Shown here: positions 1-10,029 of the stretch, in pieces
How the letters are laid out: each line of letters begins with the position of its first letter
Numbering within the stretch: the stretch's first letter is position 1
Virus record (IMG/VR): IMGVR_UViG_3300022934_000003
DNA from: a virus
Length of the DNA stretch: 64,000 nucleotides
Direction: 5' to 3' (one strand)
The notes under the pieces: model-generated
The model's input: the letters and a program-made list of their open reading frames with translations, nothing else
Database searches by the model: none
Told to the model about the DNA's origin: nothing
Translations under genes and position numbers: made by a program

Positions 1-560
1 TATTTTTGAATCCACCAAATGAAATCATCTTCGGTGTTCCAAGAGTTTTCTCCGTAAAATTCTGTAACAGCTTTTTGTACTGTAGGAAAGTGAATATCAT
101 GACCAATAACTCTACCGCCTTCACGGACTTTAGGGTGCCAAGCTTTAATATCTCTTAAGCAACCTTCATATCCATGATCAGCATCAATAAATACAAAATC
201 GAAATGGCCGTCTGGATATTGTTCTGCGACATTTGTTGTATAATCTTTAATAATAACAGCGTTATCATGATTATGACAAAAGTTTAATAAATCTGTGTAA
301 TAACGTTTATGATCCCAAGCATGTCCATTTTCGCCTGGTGTCCATTTTTCTGGACCATTATTTTCTGGTTGTGATTCATATAAATCAACACCAACTAAAT
401 TACATTCAGGACAACGTTTTACCATATTTTTGAAGCTTACACCATCGTGCACTCCAAGTTCAGCGCCTGTTTTATAATTGTTTTCTTTAATGAATCTGAT
501 GAGAGTGTCCCATCTCCAAATATTGCCACCATCATTACCACGGTCACGAATTATACCCAT
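1..560 (-). CDS. class I SAM-dependent methyltransferase (Methyltransf_24-like); stop codon at the window edge
   Basis: Own translation: MGIIRDRGNDGG...GAELGVHDG...FDFVFIDADHGYEGCLRDIKAWHPKVREGG...IWWIQK; absent from the ORF track. Confidence 0.75.
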   Translation of the reverse strand, partial: MGIIRDRGNDGGNIWRWDTLIRFIKENNYKTGAELGVHDGVSFKNMVKRCPECNLVGVDLYESQPENNGPEKWTPGENGHAWDHKRYYTDLLNFCHNHDNAVIIKDYTTNVAEQYPDGHFDFVFIDADHGYEGCLRDIKAWHPKVREGGRVIGHDIHFPTVQKAVTEFYGENSWNTEDDFIWWIQK

Positions 561-602
561 AATATTTCTCCATTTACAAAATATATTTTTTATTTATTGA
601 GT

Positions 603-1340
603 TTAGCCAAGTCCATTTTTAATTAAAATTATATCAAATGCTGAAGTAACACGAGAATTATTACCAGCAGCTTTTGCTCTAACATCAATATCAGATTTTT
701 CAGATACTGCTACAGGGACACTGAATGGATAGAAATAAGCTCCACCATCTGAAGTTACTTCAAAACTATGCCCAACACGGAAAGTATCTTGACCAAATTG
801 GCGAATCATCATATCACCTGTTGCTTGCCCGCCACCTTGAACTGAAGAAACCCCTTGTGTAATATATGCCGTACTTCCTGCAGGAACAGTATAAACAGCC
901 ATTAGTGTTTGACCTTTACCTGCAGTAATACGAGCAACAATTGTTCCGCCAGCTGCGCCTGCTTCAATATCAATATTGCCAGTATTTGTTTCACCACCTG
1001 CAGTACAAAATGCGCGATTTACTCTACGGAATAGTTTAGTACTAAGAGTGTCAGTACCTGAAATTACAATTTCTTCCTCTTGAAAATTATAATCAGAATC
1101 CAAGCCTTGAACTGTAACTGTATGACCTTCGTCTGCTATGTTATTTCTTTTAACGTTCACAACAGCAGGAGTATCTAATGCTGCCCAAGGATACAATGTA
1201 TCATTAATATCCCAAACCGACCCCGTTACATTAATACTTAAAGCAGGAACGGCACCAAACTTGTGGATAAATGAAGTACCTTTAACAAGTCCTCTTGCTA
1301 TATTTAGATGTAAATCTTCACTTGGATAATATTGAGCCAT
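603..1340 (-). CDS. hypothetical protein, possibly virion-associated (beta-rich)
   Basis: 245-aa ORF rich in G/T/S/V, in the late-type block. Confidence 0.45.
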   Translation of the reverse strand: MAQYYPSEDLHLNIARGLVKGTSFIHKFGAVPALSINVTGSVWDINDTLYPWAALDTPAVVNVKRNNIADEGHTVTVQGLDSDYNFQEEEIVISGTDTLSTKLFRRVNRAFCTAGGETNTGNIDIEAGAAGGTIVARITAGKGQTLMAVYTVPAGSTAYITQGVSSVQGGGQATGDMMIRQFGQDTFRVGHSFEVTSDGGAYFYPFSVPVAVSEKSDIDVRAKAAGNNSRVTSAFDIILIKNGLG

Positions 1341-2573
1341 TTATTTTTGCCAACCTTTAATATATTTGTCTGAGAAATTAGCTCTACTAAATCCAAGACG
1401 ATCAACAAGTTTAACTGCGTTTTTACCCATGTGATCGATTGCAACAAAACCTTCTTGTTCTGTTACTTCATAACCATTATCTGTTCTTAAGAACGTTCCT
1501 ATTCTCTTTGCTTTATCTAATTTACTAATAATTATATGTTTAATATCTATAATTAAATTATACAAATCAAACATCATTGTTATCTGAGATGCGGGTGTTT
1601 TTTTGAAATACTCCAAAGTTGCATCACGTTTTGCAAACGAACTTGCCTTACCCTTCTCTGTTTTCTTTTTGTCTGCATCTTTTTGATATACATTATTTAT
1701 ATAGTCCTGTAATTGCTTAACAAATATTCTCGTATTTCCAATTCGTTGGCCTTCTCTAATTTTTGTATTAATAAAAGTTTTAACTCTCATTAATGTATCA
1801 GGATTATCTGAAATACCATTAAATGTTTCTTTTTTAATTTTTCTAAATAACATACCAGCTTCTGAAAGCTTTTTAGTAACAAAAGCAGTTTCTTTTCCAG
1901 TCATTGTAGCATTACCAGAAACATCTTTATAGACAGCATCTACTGACCAGACTCCTTTCGTTTTTTTGAGACCGCTTGCAATCTCTTTTCCAAAAGAAGC
2001 AGACAGTTCTTTAATTGAGTTTCCTGTGTATGTTGTGTGCCATACCACTCCGATCTTGGATCCGAGGATTTCTTTCGCGAGGTCACTATCTTTAGGTACC
2101 GCGTAAACAATCGTATTAGGATGGAAAGTAATATGCGGGACTCCCATAATGTTAACCGTTTTAATATCTTTTTTATCATATAAAAAATCACCTTGTACAA
2201 CTCCTTTAATACCGAGTTTAGGTAGCTCGGCTAAAGCAAGTTTTAATTTAGCATTTAAATCACCATCAGTATCTGCATCTATATCAGCATTTGTTTTATA
2301 TACTTTTGGTACTTTATTAAAAATTGATTTCTTCGCAACAAAGAATTTACCATCTTCAGGATCTGTTCCAGCAAATACTGCAGGAGCACCATCCCATTTA
2401 ACTGTTACATTTACACCAGATTTAGCATTACCTGCCAACATATCTCTTACACTGCGCAAAAAATTAATTGCAGAGCGTGTACCATCAACACCAAGATTCA
2501 GTATAGAATCTTCGAGGTGTTCCATATGTACATTTTTATCTTCTGTTAAATGTTGTTTAAATGTTCTAACCAT
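1341..2573 (-). CDS. DUF6267-like protein with ligase/nucleotidyltransferase motifs and a capsid-targeting-like leader
   Basis: Motif I VKWDG, QGDF, EGFV, VKLVDR; N-terminus MVRTFKQHLTE. Confidence 0.6.
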   Translation of the reverse strand: MVRTFKQHLTEDKNVHMEHLEDSILNLGVDGTRSAINFLRSVRDMLAGNAKSGVNVTVKWDGAPAVFAGTDPEDGKFFVAKKSIFNKVPKVYKTNADIDADTDGDLNAKLKLALAELPKLGIKGVVQGDFLYDKKDIKTVNIMGVPHITFHPNTIVYAVPKDSDLAKEILGSKIGVVWHTTYTGNSIKELSASFGKEIASGLKKTKGVWSVDAVYKDVSGNATMTGKETAFVTKKLSEAGMLFRKIKKETFNGISDNPDTLMRVKTFINTKIREGQRIGNTRIFVKQLQDYINNVYQKDADKKKTEKGKASSFAKRDATLEYFKKTPASQITMMFDLYNLIIDIKHIIISKLDKAKRIGTFLRTDNGYEVTEQEGFVAIDHMGKNAVKLVDRLGFSRANFSDKYIKGWQK

Positions 2574-2615
2574 TAGTTATATTATAACCTATTTTTATTA
2601 AAAAGTACAACGTTT

Positions 2616-3623
2616 TTAATCTCTTAATTTTATTTTTAAACCTGCGCGCATAGATCCACTAGAAGCTCCACCATATGTTGCTAATGAAAAAGAACTAAAC
2701 TCTGGAAGATCTTTTAAATGCAAAATATTTTGCCCGTATTCAGTATAATAAAATTTAAAAGTATTATTACTTCTATTATTTATTACAAAGTAGTTATCTC
2801 CACCTTCAGCAAAATGACGTAATATTAACTTATGTAATTTTAATAATAATGGTCTACTTGTTGTTGTAAAAAATGGTGGTATTTTACCGGACTTTGGAGC
2901 TCCATCATCTCCAGGAAACCCAAACTCGTTATTTTCTGCTCTAAAATAATCAATAACACTAACAAAATCTTTTTTTACTAATTTAAGTTTATTATGAGTA
3001 GCAAATAATTTTGATATATCATCTATAATTTTTGGAGTTTTTCTAATCCTACTTACCGATTTATCAAAAAATGTAATAGGTGCATTATCACTTCCGGCGC
3101 CTTTAATTTCAAACTGAGTTTTGTGGCCATCGACTTCACATATTAAATCTGGCGCATTAGATCCCGGCCTAGCCATAGAAATAAATTTATAATCATAATC
3201 ATGTTTGAATGCTATATTTTGTACTGCATCAGCAACAGCTTTTTGTGAGGCTGAACCCGAAGCAACTCTATTTTGTGCTCCGCCGGCTGGTTTAATTACA
3301 TGACTAATTAAAATATATCCTTCTACTCTACCTTTATGACTTTTAGTAGAAATGGCGCTATATGTACCTCTTCTAGAAATACCTATATCTAAATTATGAA
3401 CTAATCTAGAAGGATATAAGAAATGAACATGAGAACCTTTATTTAGTTTTCTTATAGGCTGACCATCATCAGTATACAAATATGTATCTTGTGCTAATGG
3501 AAATCCTTTTGCATATTTAAAAGTATTTGCATTTGATGACGGAGCATATACTGTTCTATATCCTGCTCTATTAAAATCTTCATTGCCTTCGCGAGGAAAA
3601 TTCATAGCAGTAAATGTTGCCAT
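2616..3623 (-). CDS. PD-(D/E)XK-like nuclease domain protein
   Basis: PDLICEVDGHKTQFEIKG. Confidence 0.5.
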   Translation of the reverse strand: MATFTAMNFPREGNEDFNRAGYRTVYAPSSNANTFKYAKGFPLAQDTYLYTDDGQPIRKLNKGSHVHFLYPSRLVHNLDIGISRRGTYSAISTKSHKGRVEGYILISHVIKPAGGAQNRVASGSASQKAVADAVQNIAFKHDYDYKFISMARPGSNAPDLICEVDGHKTQFEIKGAGSDNAPITFFDKSVSRIRKTPKIIDDISKLFATHNKLKLVKKDFVSVIDYFRAENNEFGFPGDDGAPKSGKIPPFFTTTSRPLLLKLHKLILRHFAEGGDNYFVINNRSNNTFKFYYTEYGQNILHLKDLPEFSSFSLATYGGASSGSMRAGLKIKLRD

Positions 3624-3624
3624 T

Positions 3625-4446
3625 TTACTTGCTCATCATTTGATTAAATATTTCTTCTACATCTTTTGGATTATCTAAAGATAATGGAGATTTACCACCT
3701 TTTACTTTTAGACTAGCAATTGCTCTGATTTGAGATGATCTTTGTGTTGGATATGCTTTAGTTCCGCCAGAACCAGAACGAGTCAAGCGAACATAAATTT
3801 CTATATCTGCTTTAAGTTGTGGAATTTTTAAACCTAATGGATTTTTTTGTAAATAGAACATACCCAATTTACCAATTTGAATATAATAACATTTTTTTCT
3901 TGCATACCAATCATGAATAAATTTAGTATTATATTTAACTATAGTATTGATAGGTTTGAGTAAACCTTTTTTCTGTAATATTGCCCAAGCTTCTTTTGTT
4001 GTTTTGAATGGAACTTCGTATACGCCAGCTTGCTTATGTAGCTCAATTGGCTCTAGCGTTTTCATTTGCTTGATATAATTTCTGATAGGTCTTTCTTTTG
4101 ACTTAACAGCATTGATAATCATTTCTTGTACATCATCTTCAAGATCTTCACCTGCTTTTGAAAGTCCGTATGGTTTTCCTTTATTAATCTTAACAGATGG
4201 TCCGCCCATTTGAGCATCTTTATCCATTTTAATTTCTACAGGAACATCTTTACCATCTAAAGTAAGGTACATATCTACTACATTAGAAGCAAATCCACCA
4301 GCATTGTCTGGTTTAAGAGTAATACGTTTATCTTTTGAAAACGCTCTGTTTTTTAAAGTTTGAATTACAGACTTACGTACTTTTGCTTCATACGCAAGAC
4401 CGCCTACGCCAACTGTTTCATTGATATATTTTTTAAAACCCTTCAT
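3625..4446 (-). CDS. PD-(D/E)XK-like nuclease with capsid-targeting-like leader
   Basis: GLAYEAKV...VDMYLTLDGKDVPVEIK; N-terminus MKGFKKYINE. Confidence 0.55.
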   Translation of the reverse strand: MKGFKKYINETVGVGGLAYEAKVRKSVIQTLKNRAFSKDKRITLKPDNAGGFASNVVDMYLTLDGKDVPVEIKMDKDAQMGGPSVKINKGKPYGLSKAGEDLEDDVQEMIINAVKSKERPIRNYIKQMKTLEPIELHKQAGVYEVPFKTTKEAWAILQKKGLLKPINTIVKYNTKFIHDWYARKKCYYIQIGKLGMFYLQKNPLGLKIPQLKADIEIYVRLTRSGSGGTKAYPTQRSSQIRAIASLKVKGGKSPLSLDNPKDVEEIFNQMMSK

Positions 4447-4470
4447 TGTTATACCTTTACTGTTTAGGTA

Positions 4471-4478
4471 TATTTATA
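4471..4478 (-). promoter_or_regulatory. T4-type late promoter TATAAATA
   Basis: tatttata on + strand, overlapping the gp41 stop, just upstream of 3625..4446. Confidence 0.6.
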
Positions 4479-5862
4479 CAATGCCGCCTGCTGAGAATAA
4501 TGTTTTCTTAGATTGTCCAAAAGCTGGTCCATTTGGTGTTGTATTAGCAGTTGGATTATCATTTTGAATATTTTGTTGTGCATTATCTTCGAGATCATAT
4601 ATTTGCATTTTAGATCTATCAATACCAACTACAAATCTACGATAATAGTTCAAATCATTCCAACGATTTTTCAATTGTTTAAACATAATTTGGCCAAGAT
4701 TATCAAGATCTTCAGATGATATAATACCAAGTATACAATCCGCGGTATGAGTAATACCCATAGATTCTGAAGTATTTGTAAGATCTACATCAGAGTTTCC
4801 ATAAGCATCTCTATTATATTGAGAAGATGTTACAATAGCGCAATTAAACTCCATTGCAAGACCGCGAATTTCTTCTGCAATTGATTTTACAAGTGTATAA
4901 GAGTTTGCTTGAGCCGCACCTTTAACTCGAGATGAAGCACATATATTTAGATAATCAATAAAGATAACGTCTGGAGTAAATCCACGTTTCATCTTTAATT
5001 CATTTAATAGATGTCGGAAATGTCCAGCATGAGCAGAACCGGTTGGATATTCTTTTACAACAAGTTTACCAGTTGTTTTATCTTTAATACGATTAATTCG
5101 TTTTTCATATACATCTCTTGGCATAATTTTTAAATCATCAAGAGAAGTATCCATCATATTAGCATCGATACGCTCTGCAATTCTTTCCTCTGCCATTTCC
5201 ATAGTAATATAAACTACGTTCTTACCTTGCATTAGATAAGAAGCAGCCATATGACATTTGACGAGAGACTTACCACCGCCAGTCGTTGCAAGGAGTACTG
5301 ACATGGACTTACGTGGTAGCCCGCCCTTGGTAACTTTATTCAGCATCTCAATATCAAAAGGTAGTCGTTCTTCTTTTCTATGATAGAAGTCATAACGACT
5401 ATCAGCATCATCAATAAAATCATGACCAATCGAACTATCAAAACTGATGGAAAGAGACTTAGATAAAAGTTCGGGAATAGAACCTTTTTCATTTACTTTG
5501 TCTTCACCATCCATGATCAAAATTGCTTTACGAATAGAGTTAAACAAGTCTTTATCCTGGCAGAATTTCTCAGTTTCAGAAACTAGCCAGTCAATGTTTG
5601 TATCATTATCTAGAGCAAGAGAATCCACGGTGGACATAACTTCTTTATATCCATCTTCATTTAAATCTTTTCTCTTATCTAGTGAAATTTTGAGAGCCTC
5701 TATTGAAGGAGGCTCTTTAAATTCTTCTACGTATGTAGAATAGGTTTCAAATATTTTTTTCAGACTATTATCATCAAAGTACTCTACTTGTACATATGGA
5801 TATACTTTTCGATAATAGTCTTCATTAAATACTAGGTTTGATATTACTGTTTTTTCAATCAT
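4474..5862 (-). CDS. gp41: replicative DNA helicase (T4 gp41)
   Basis: Walker A ATTGGGKS, YITMEMAEERI, IFIDYLNI, KQLKNR. Confidence 0.95.
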   Translation of the reverse strand: MIEKTVISNLVFNEDYYRKVYPYVQVEYFDDNSLKKIFETYSTYVEEFKEPPSIEALKISLDKRKDLNEDGYKEVMSTVDSLALDNDTNIDWLVSETEKFCQDKDLFNSIRKAILIMDGEDKVNEKGSIPELLSKSLSISFDSSIGHDFIDDADSRYDFYHRKEERLPFDIEMLNKVTKGGLPRKSMSVLLATTGGGKSLVKCHMAASYLMQGKNVVYITMEMAEERIAERIDANMMDTSLDDLKIMPRDVYEKRINRIKDKTTGKLVVKEYPTGSAHAGHFRHLLNELKMKRGFTPDVIFIDYLNICASSRVKGAAQANSYTLVKSIAEEIRGLAMEFNCAIVTSSQYNRDAYGNSDVDLTNTSESMGITHTADCILGIISSEDLDNLGQIMFKQLKNRWNDLNYYRRFVVGIDRSKMQIYDLEDNAQQNIQNDNPTANTTPNGPAFGQSKKTLFSAGGIV

Positions 5863-6925
5863 CCTTTACGTCTTCAGTCACTGTTTCATCATCAGAGATT
5901 ATAACACTTCCTCCCACTGAAAAAGCATTTTTAATATAATCTTTAAAATCTGTATTATTAAATATTATATCCCAAAACTCTGGATTGTCAACTATTTCTT
6001 TCGCACGATAATTTTTATCGCCAGAAATAACTTCACCAGTAGATGGATCTACAGCTTGATACCAACCAACTTTTGGTTTGATAATATATCCACCTTTTTC
6101 AGCAACTTCCATAAGTCCAGATAGTTTTTGAATACCACCTTCCCAACTTACTGTAATAGGAATCTTAGATTTTTCTTTAACATGACGAGATTTTTCGATG
6201 TTAATTACAAAATGATAACCTTGAATTTCTGTACCAACTTTATCTTGTTGACGACCAATAATCCAAATTGCATCAGCTGAATAGTAAATACCTGTACCAC
6301 CAGACACAACATCTTTAGGGAATAATCCAATCTCTTTGTAAGTATGATTAACTGCAATAAGTGGAATATCTTTAAGATTTAAATGTGGTGTTACAATACG
6401 GAATAGAGATTTAAGTGCTTTAGCACGTGACATATCAGCAACTGATTTACCGTCAAGTGCATCTTCAACCTCTTTCTTAGATGCAAGGTTACCAACTGAA
6501 TCGATTACAATAATAACCTTCTCGCCTTTTTCAATCTTATCAAGTTGAGAAGTAATATCGAATTTAAGTTCTTCAGCATTTGTAACTGGAGTATGAACTG
6601 TACGATTCATGTCAATATCAAATGATTCGAAATAAGCTTGTGGTGTACCAAACTCTGAATCATAAAACAATAATACTGCATCTGGATTTCTTTTCATATA
6701 TGCTGAAGCCATTAAAAGAGCGAAAGCAGATTTGAAATGTTTAGATGGTCCAGCCAGAACAAGAAGTCCTGGAGTTAAACCACCATCTAAATTACCAGAT
6801 AATGCAACATTTACCATAGGCACTGATGTTGGTGCCATATCTTTTTTACCAAAAACTTTTGACTCTGCAATAGGAGCAGTCATTTTAATGGTACTATTTT
6901 TTACAATCTTATCTAATAGACTCAT
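5855..6925 (-). CDS. uvsX: RecA-like recombinase UvsX
   Basis: AGPSKHFKS, FYDSEFG, IDSVGNLASKKE. Confidence 0.95.
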   Translation of the reverse strand: MSLLDKIVKNSTIKMTAPIAESKVFGKKDMAPTSVPMVNVALSGNLDGGLTPGLLVLAGPSKHFKSAFALLMASAYMKRNPDAVLLFYDSEFGTPQAYFESFDIDMNRTVHTPVTNAEELKFDITSQLDKIEKGEKVIIVIDSVGNLASKKEVEDALDGKSVADMSRAKALKSLFRIVTPHLNLKDIPLIAVNHTYKEIGLFPKDVVSGGTGIYYSADAIWIIGRQQDKVGTEIQGYHFVINIEKSRHVKEKSKIPITVSWEGGIQKLSGLMEVAEKGGYIIKPKVGWYQAVDPSTGEVISGDKNYRAKEIVDNPEFWDIIFNNTDFKDYIKNAFSVGGSVIISDDETVTEDVKDD

Positions 6926-7254
6926 TAAGACCCTCCATCTACAATTGTTAATAGTTTTGCTTTATAGGCATTAATCTTTGAAACACGATCAGGCCAATAA
7001 ATTGTTGACTTATCCGCATTTTGACATAAATTGTCTAAAAACGGTGTTATTGATTTATATAAAAGTTCTAGACGATATTCAAGGTCGTCAGCTTTTACTT
7101 TAGCGTCAGTTAATTGATCTTCTAAAGTTTGCTTTTCGCTACTGACTTGTTGAATGGTTTCTTCGGCCGCAGCTTGTTTTTCTTCGAGTTCCTCGTCGAT
7201 AAAGCTGAAGCCAAAGTCAAAGTCTAAGAGCTCCTCGTAGGTTTTATTAGCCAT
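6925..7254 (-). CDS. hypothetical coiled-coil protein
   Basis: 109-aa ORF coupled between gp32 and uvsX. Confidence 0.6.
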   Translation of the reverse strand: MANKTYEELLDFDFGFSFIDEELEEKQAAAEETIQQVSSEKQTLEDQLTDAKVKADDLEYRLELLYKSITPFLDNLCQNADKSTIYWPDRVSKINAYKAKLLTIVDGGS

Positions 7255-8179
7255 TTGCTAGTTCCTTAAAAATTGAAAGATCATCGTCATCATCTGCCAT
7301 ATTCATTGCTGATGACTCTTGAGGTGCAGCAGGAGCTTCTGGAGCAGATGCTACTTTCTCATTATTACCCATTTTACTTAGATCTAGATCATCTGCTTCA
7401 ATATTATCTTCTGCTGTAGAAGGTTCAATTGGAGCTTCACCAAGTGCAAGTACACGGTGTAATTTTGCTTTCAATTCAGAATAAGATTTAAAATTCTTAG
7501 GATCAATCAAATCTTGCAATGAATGCTCTTGATTATAAATCGATTCTAACACTGCATCATCTTCAGATAGAGGTGATGGAGCTTCGAACTCAGATTTATC
7601 ATAGTTAGGATAACCTTCGAACTGACGAATCTTAAGACGGAAATTAGCACCTTCCCATAGATCAAATGGATTTACTGGTGTTTCATCTTCGAATTGTGGA
7701 TTCATAAGATCATTCAATTTATCAAAGATCTTTTTACCAAACTGATAAAGGAATACTTTACCGTCATTTGCTGGATTAGCAGAATCTTTAATAACTTGGA
7801 TATTAGCGACATATTTCAAACGACGCTTTTGTTTACGTGCTTGTTCTTTATCAGCTTCAACACCACTATTCCAAAGTTTACCATTGTATTCTGATACAGG
7901 ATCATCTTGATTTAAAGTAGTAAGAGAATTTTCGATATACCAAAGACCCGTAGGACCTTGGAAACCGTGATCCCAGATACGTACAAAAGGCATTTCTTCA
8001 CCATTAGGTGCTGGCAAGAAACGAATGATTGCAAAACCATTACCTGCTTGATCGCGAGTTGGCTTCCAAAACTTTCCTTCGTTAGGATCTGAGTAAGATT
8101 TTTGTGAAATGTTTTCTAGTTGTTTGTTCAGTTTATCGAGCGAAGCTGAACGATTCTTTTTGAGTGCGTCGAATGACAT
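7247..8179 (-). CDS. gp32: single-stranded DNA-binding protein (T4 gp32)
   Basis: GNGFAIIRFLP, WYIENSLTT, FGKKIFDK, GANFRLKIR, acidic C-terminal tail. Confidence 0.95.
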   Translation of the reverse strand: MSFDALKKNRSASLDKLNKQLENISQKSYSDPNEGKFWKPTRDQAGNGFAIIRFLPAPNGEEMPFVRIWDHGFQGPTGLWYIENSLTTLNQDDPVSEYNGKLWNSGVEADKEQARKQKRRLKYVANIQVIKDSANPANDGKVFLYQFGKKIFDKLNDLMNPQFEDETPVNPFDLWEGANFRLKIRQFEGYPNYDKSEFEAPSPLSEDDAVLESIYNQEHSLQDLIDPKNFKSYSELKAKLHRVLALGEAPIEPSTAEDNIEADDLDLSKMGNNEKVASAPEAPAAPQESSAMNMADDDDDLSIFKELANG

Positions 8180-8245
8180 ATCATTTCTCCTTATATTGCG
8201 TTGTATTTTTATATTGCGTTATATACGTAGGATAACCTACATACT

Positions 8246-8253
8246 TATTTATA
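8246..8253 (-). promoter_or_regulatory. late promoter TATAAATA upstream of gp32
   Basis: Exact match; T4 gene 32 also has a late promoter. Confidence 0.55.
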
Positions 8254-8853
8254 TCAGAAAAAACGTTCACGTATAATTTTTTTGAACTTTTTTTCGTCAA
8301 TTTCTAAAAATGGTGAATAATTTTTTATTAGTTTAATTATATCACCTGCTATGAATTTGTCAACTATTTTTTCTTCCCAATATGGAAATATATTAGAAAT
8401 CTTTGCTAATATAGTTAACGTCTCCAAACTAATTTTTCTTTGCATATATGCAGTAATTACATATGGATGTTGCCCGTCTACTGATACAAAGTTTTGTTGA
8501 TAATTATCTTGTAAATTATTCAAATCTGTTTTAAATACTTTTGATAGTGATTGTATTTTCTTTTTCCATTCAATATATCTTTCTTCACCATCTTGTTCTA
8601 TAATTTCTCTTATCCAAACATTTGGTTTTACTATCATATTAGCAACCATTAGATTTATAGGATCATCTTTATTTGATAATTTTTCAAAGAAATAACAATC
8701 ATTTCTAGTACGATACTTATCAAAATTTGCTCTTATTTTTCCATTATACTTATGGAAATCATAATCGCTTGAAAAATGTTGTTTGAGTGCTAAATATTTT
8801 ACGTAATACTCAAACGACTTTTCATTAGCATAACTTAGTGATGTCTGTATCAT
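8254..8853 (-). CDS. gp59: helicase loader (T4 gp59)
   Basis: YLALKQHF...YDFHKYNGK, ISLETL; synteny 33-59-32. Confidence 0.88.
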   Translation of the reverse strand: MIQTSLSYANEKSFEYYVKYLALKQHFSSDYDFHKYNGKIRANFDKYRTRNDCYFFEKLSNKDDPINLMVANMIVKPNVWIREIIEQDGEERYIEWKKKIQSLSKVFKTDLNNLQDNYQQNFVSVDGQHPYVITAYMQRKISLETLTILAKISNIFPYWEEKIVDKFIAGDIIKLIKNYSPFLEIDEKKFKKIIRERFF

Positions 8854-9061
8854 CTGAATGTACCATCCTCAGCTCAACTGCTTCGGTCTTTATTTTTTCC
8901 TTTAATATGGTTGATTTCTTAACAATATCTGCTATAACTTCTATTTCTATTTCATTAATTCTAGCATATTCACATAGAGCATCTATATAACTTACACCTT
9001 TCTTTAACATGCCTTCTATTTCATGATGAATCCTTTCTGGAGTTTTTGGCGTGACTAACAT
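8825..9061 (-). CDS. gp33: late transcription coactivator (T4 gp33)
   Basis: SYIDAL..Y...EIE....LKEKIKTEA; synteny. Confidence 0.85.
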   Translation of the reverse strand: MLVTPKTPERIHHEIEGMLKKGVSYIDALCEYARINEIEIEVIADIVKKSTILKEKIKTEAVELRMVHSDDTDITKLC

Positions 9062-9063
9062 AA

Positions 9064-9285
9064 TTATCCTTTAAGTGTTTTAATACCATCAAGCCAATTT
9101 TCTGCAGCATCTTCTGCCCATTGACGAGATTTTAAAGGGTACATTTCTTCTGCCACTAACTCTTCATTAATATAAAATTTACACGAAGATCCATCCGAAC
9201 TTTCAAAAATTTCTACTTTTAATGTTTTACCATCTCTTTCTTTAAGTAATGTGTTTGGCCACATCCCTGATGTTGTCATACCCAC
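9064..9285 (-). CDS. hypothetical protein
   Basis: 73 aa ending AEDAAENW, a pattern typical of T4-like marine phages. Confidence 0.55.
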   Translation of the reverse strand: MGMTTSGMWPNTLLKERDGKTLKVEIFESSDGSSCKFYINEELVAEEMYPLKSRQWAEDAAENWLDGIKTLKG

Positions 9286-9327
9286 TTTTGTCTCCTTTTA
9301 TTAATTCGATTATATATCTATTATATA

Positions 9328-10029
9328 CTAATTTTCTGTAATGTCAACTATTTCTTCAAATAAAATATTGTTTATATACTTATCTTTTAACTCTTCAGAA
9401 ATACCCATCTTTAAAATAGAATTGTGTAAGTGTGGATTTTTCTTTTGATTAATACAATATTTGTTTAAATGCTCGGTAGTATCTCTGTCTTCATCTGCTG
9501 CATGAGCAAACATATTATTTAAATAATAATCAGTTAATTCTTCAGTTACTTTAATAAATTGATCTAATTCTTCTCCAACTCTAATATTACCTACTGCAAT
9601 CATATCTTCTGAAAATATTTCTAAAGCCCAATCAGGTAATTCACGAGATCTTTTCCATTCTAATTTAGAAACAACTTCTTTCATATGTGTATTATATGGA
9701 TGATCATAACCATGCAATGGAGAATAATCCATAAAAGAACCTGTAATCTTATTTGGTCCTGCAACAATATCAAATCCTAAAATAGGTAGTTCAATACCAA
9801 CTTTTGGATAAATGTTAATATGCATTAACCAAAGCTTTTGTGTTTCTCTATTATCAATTATTTTAAGGTGCGCTTTACGAATAAAACAAGATTTCCAAAA
9901 TAAATCTTTCCAACCTTCAAACTTTAAATCATCGGTATATAGAGGATTATCAATTCTAGTCATATGACGATCAAAGGTTAACTCTAATCGTTTAGCATAC
10001 TTATCTAATTGTTCCCATAAATCGGACAT
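9328..10029 (-). CDS. ferredoxin-dependent bilin reductase (PcyX/PcyA-like)
   Basis: RKAHL, MHINIYP, LPILGFDIV, DYSP, RELPDWA..IFS, YCINQKKNPH; near a heme oxygenase. Confidence 0.88.
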   Translation of the reverse strand: MSDLWEQLDKYAKRLELTFDRHMTRIDNPLYTDDLKFEGWKDLFWKSCFIRKAHLKIIDNRETQKLWLMHINIYPKVGIELPILGFDIVAGPNKITGSFMDYSPLHGYDHPYNTHMKEVVSKLEWKRSRELPDWALEIFSEDMIAVGNIRVGEELDQFIKVTEELTDYYLNNMFAHAADEDRDTTEHLNKYCINQKKNPHLHNSILKMGISEELKDKYINNILFEEIVDITEN

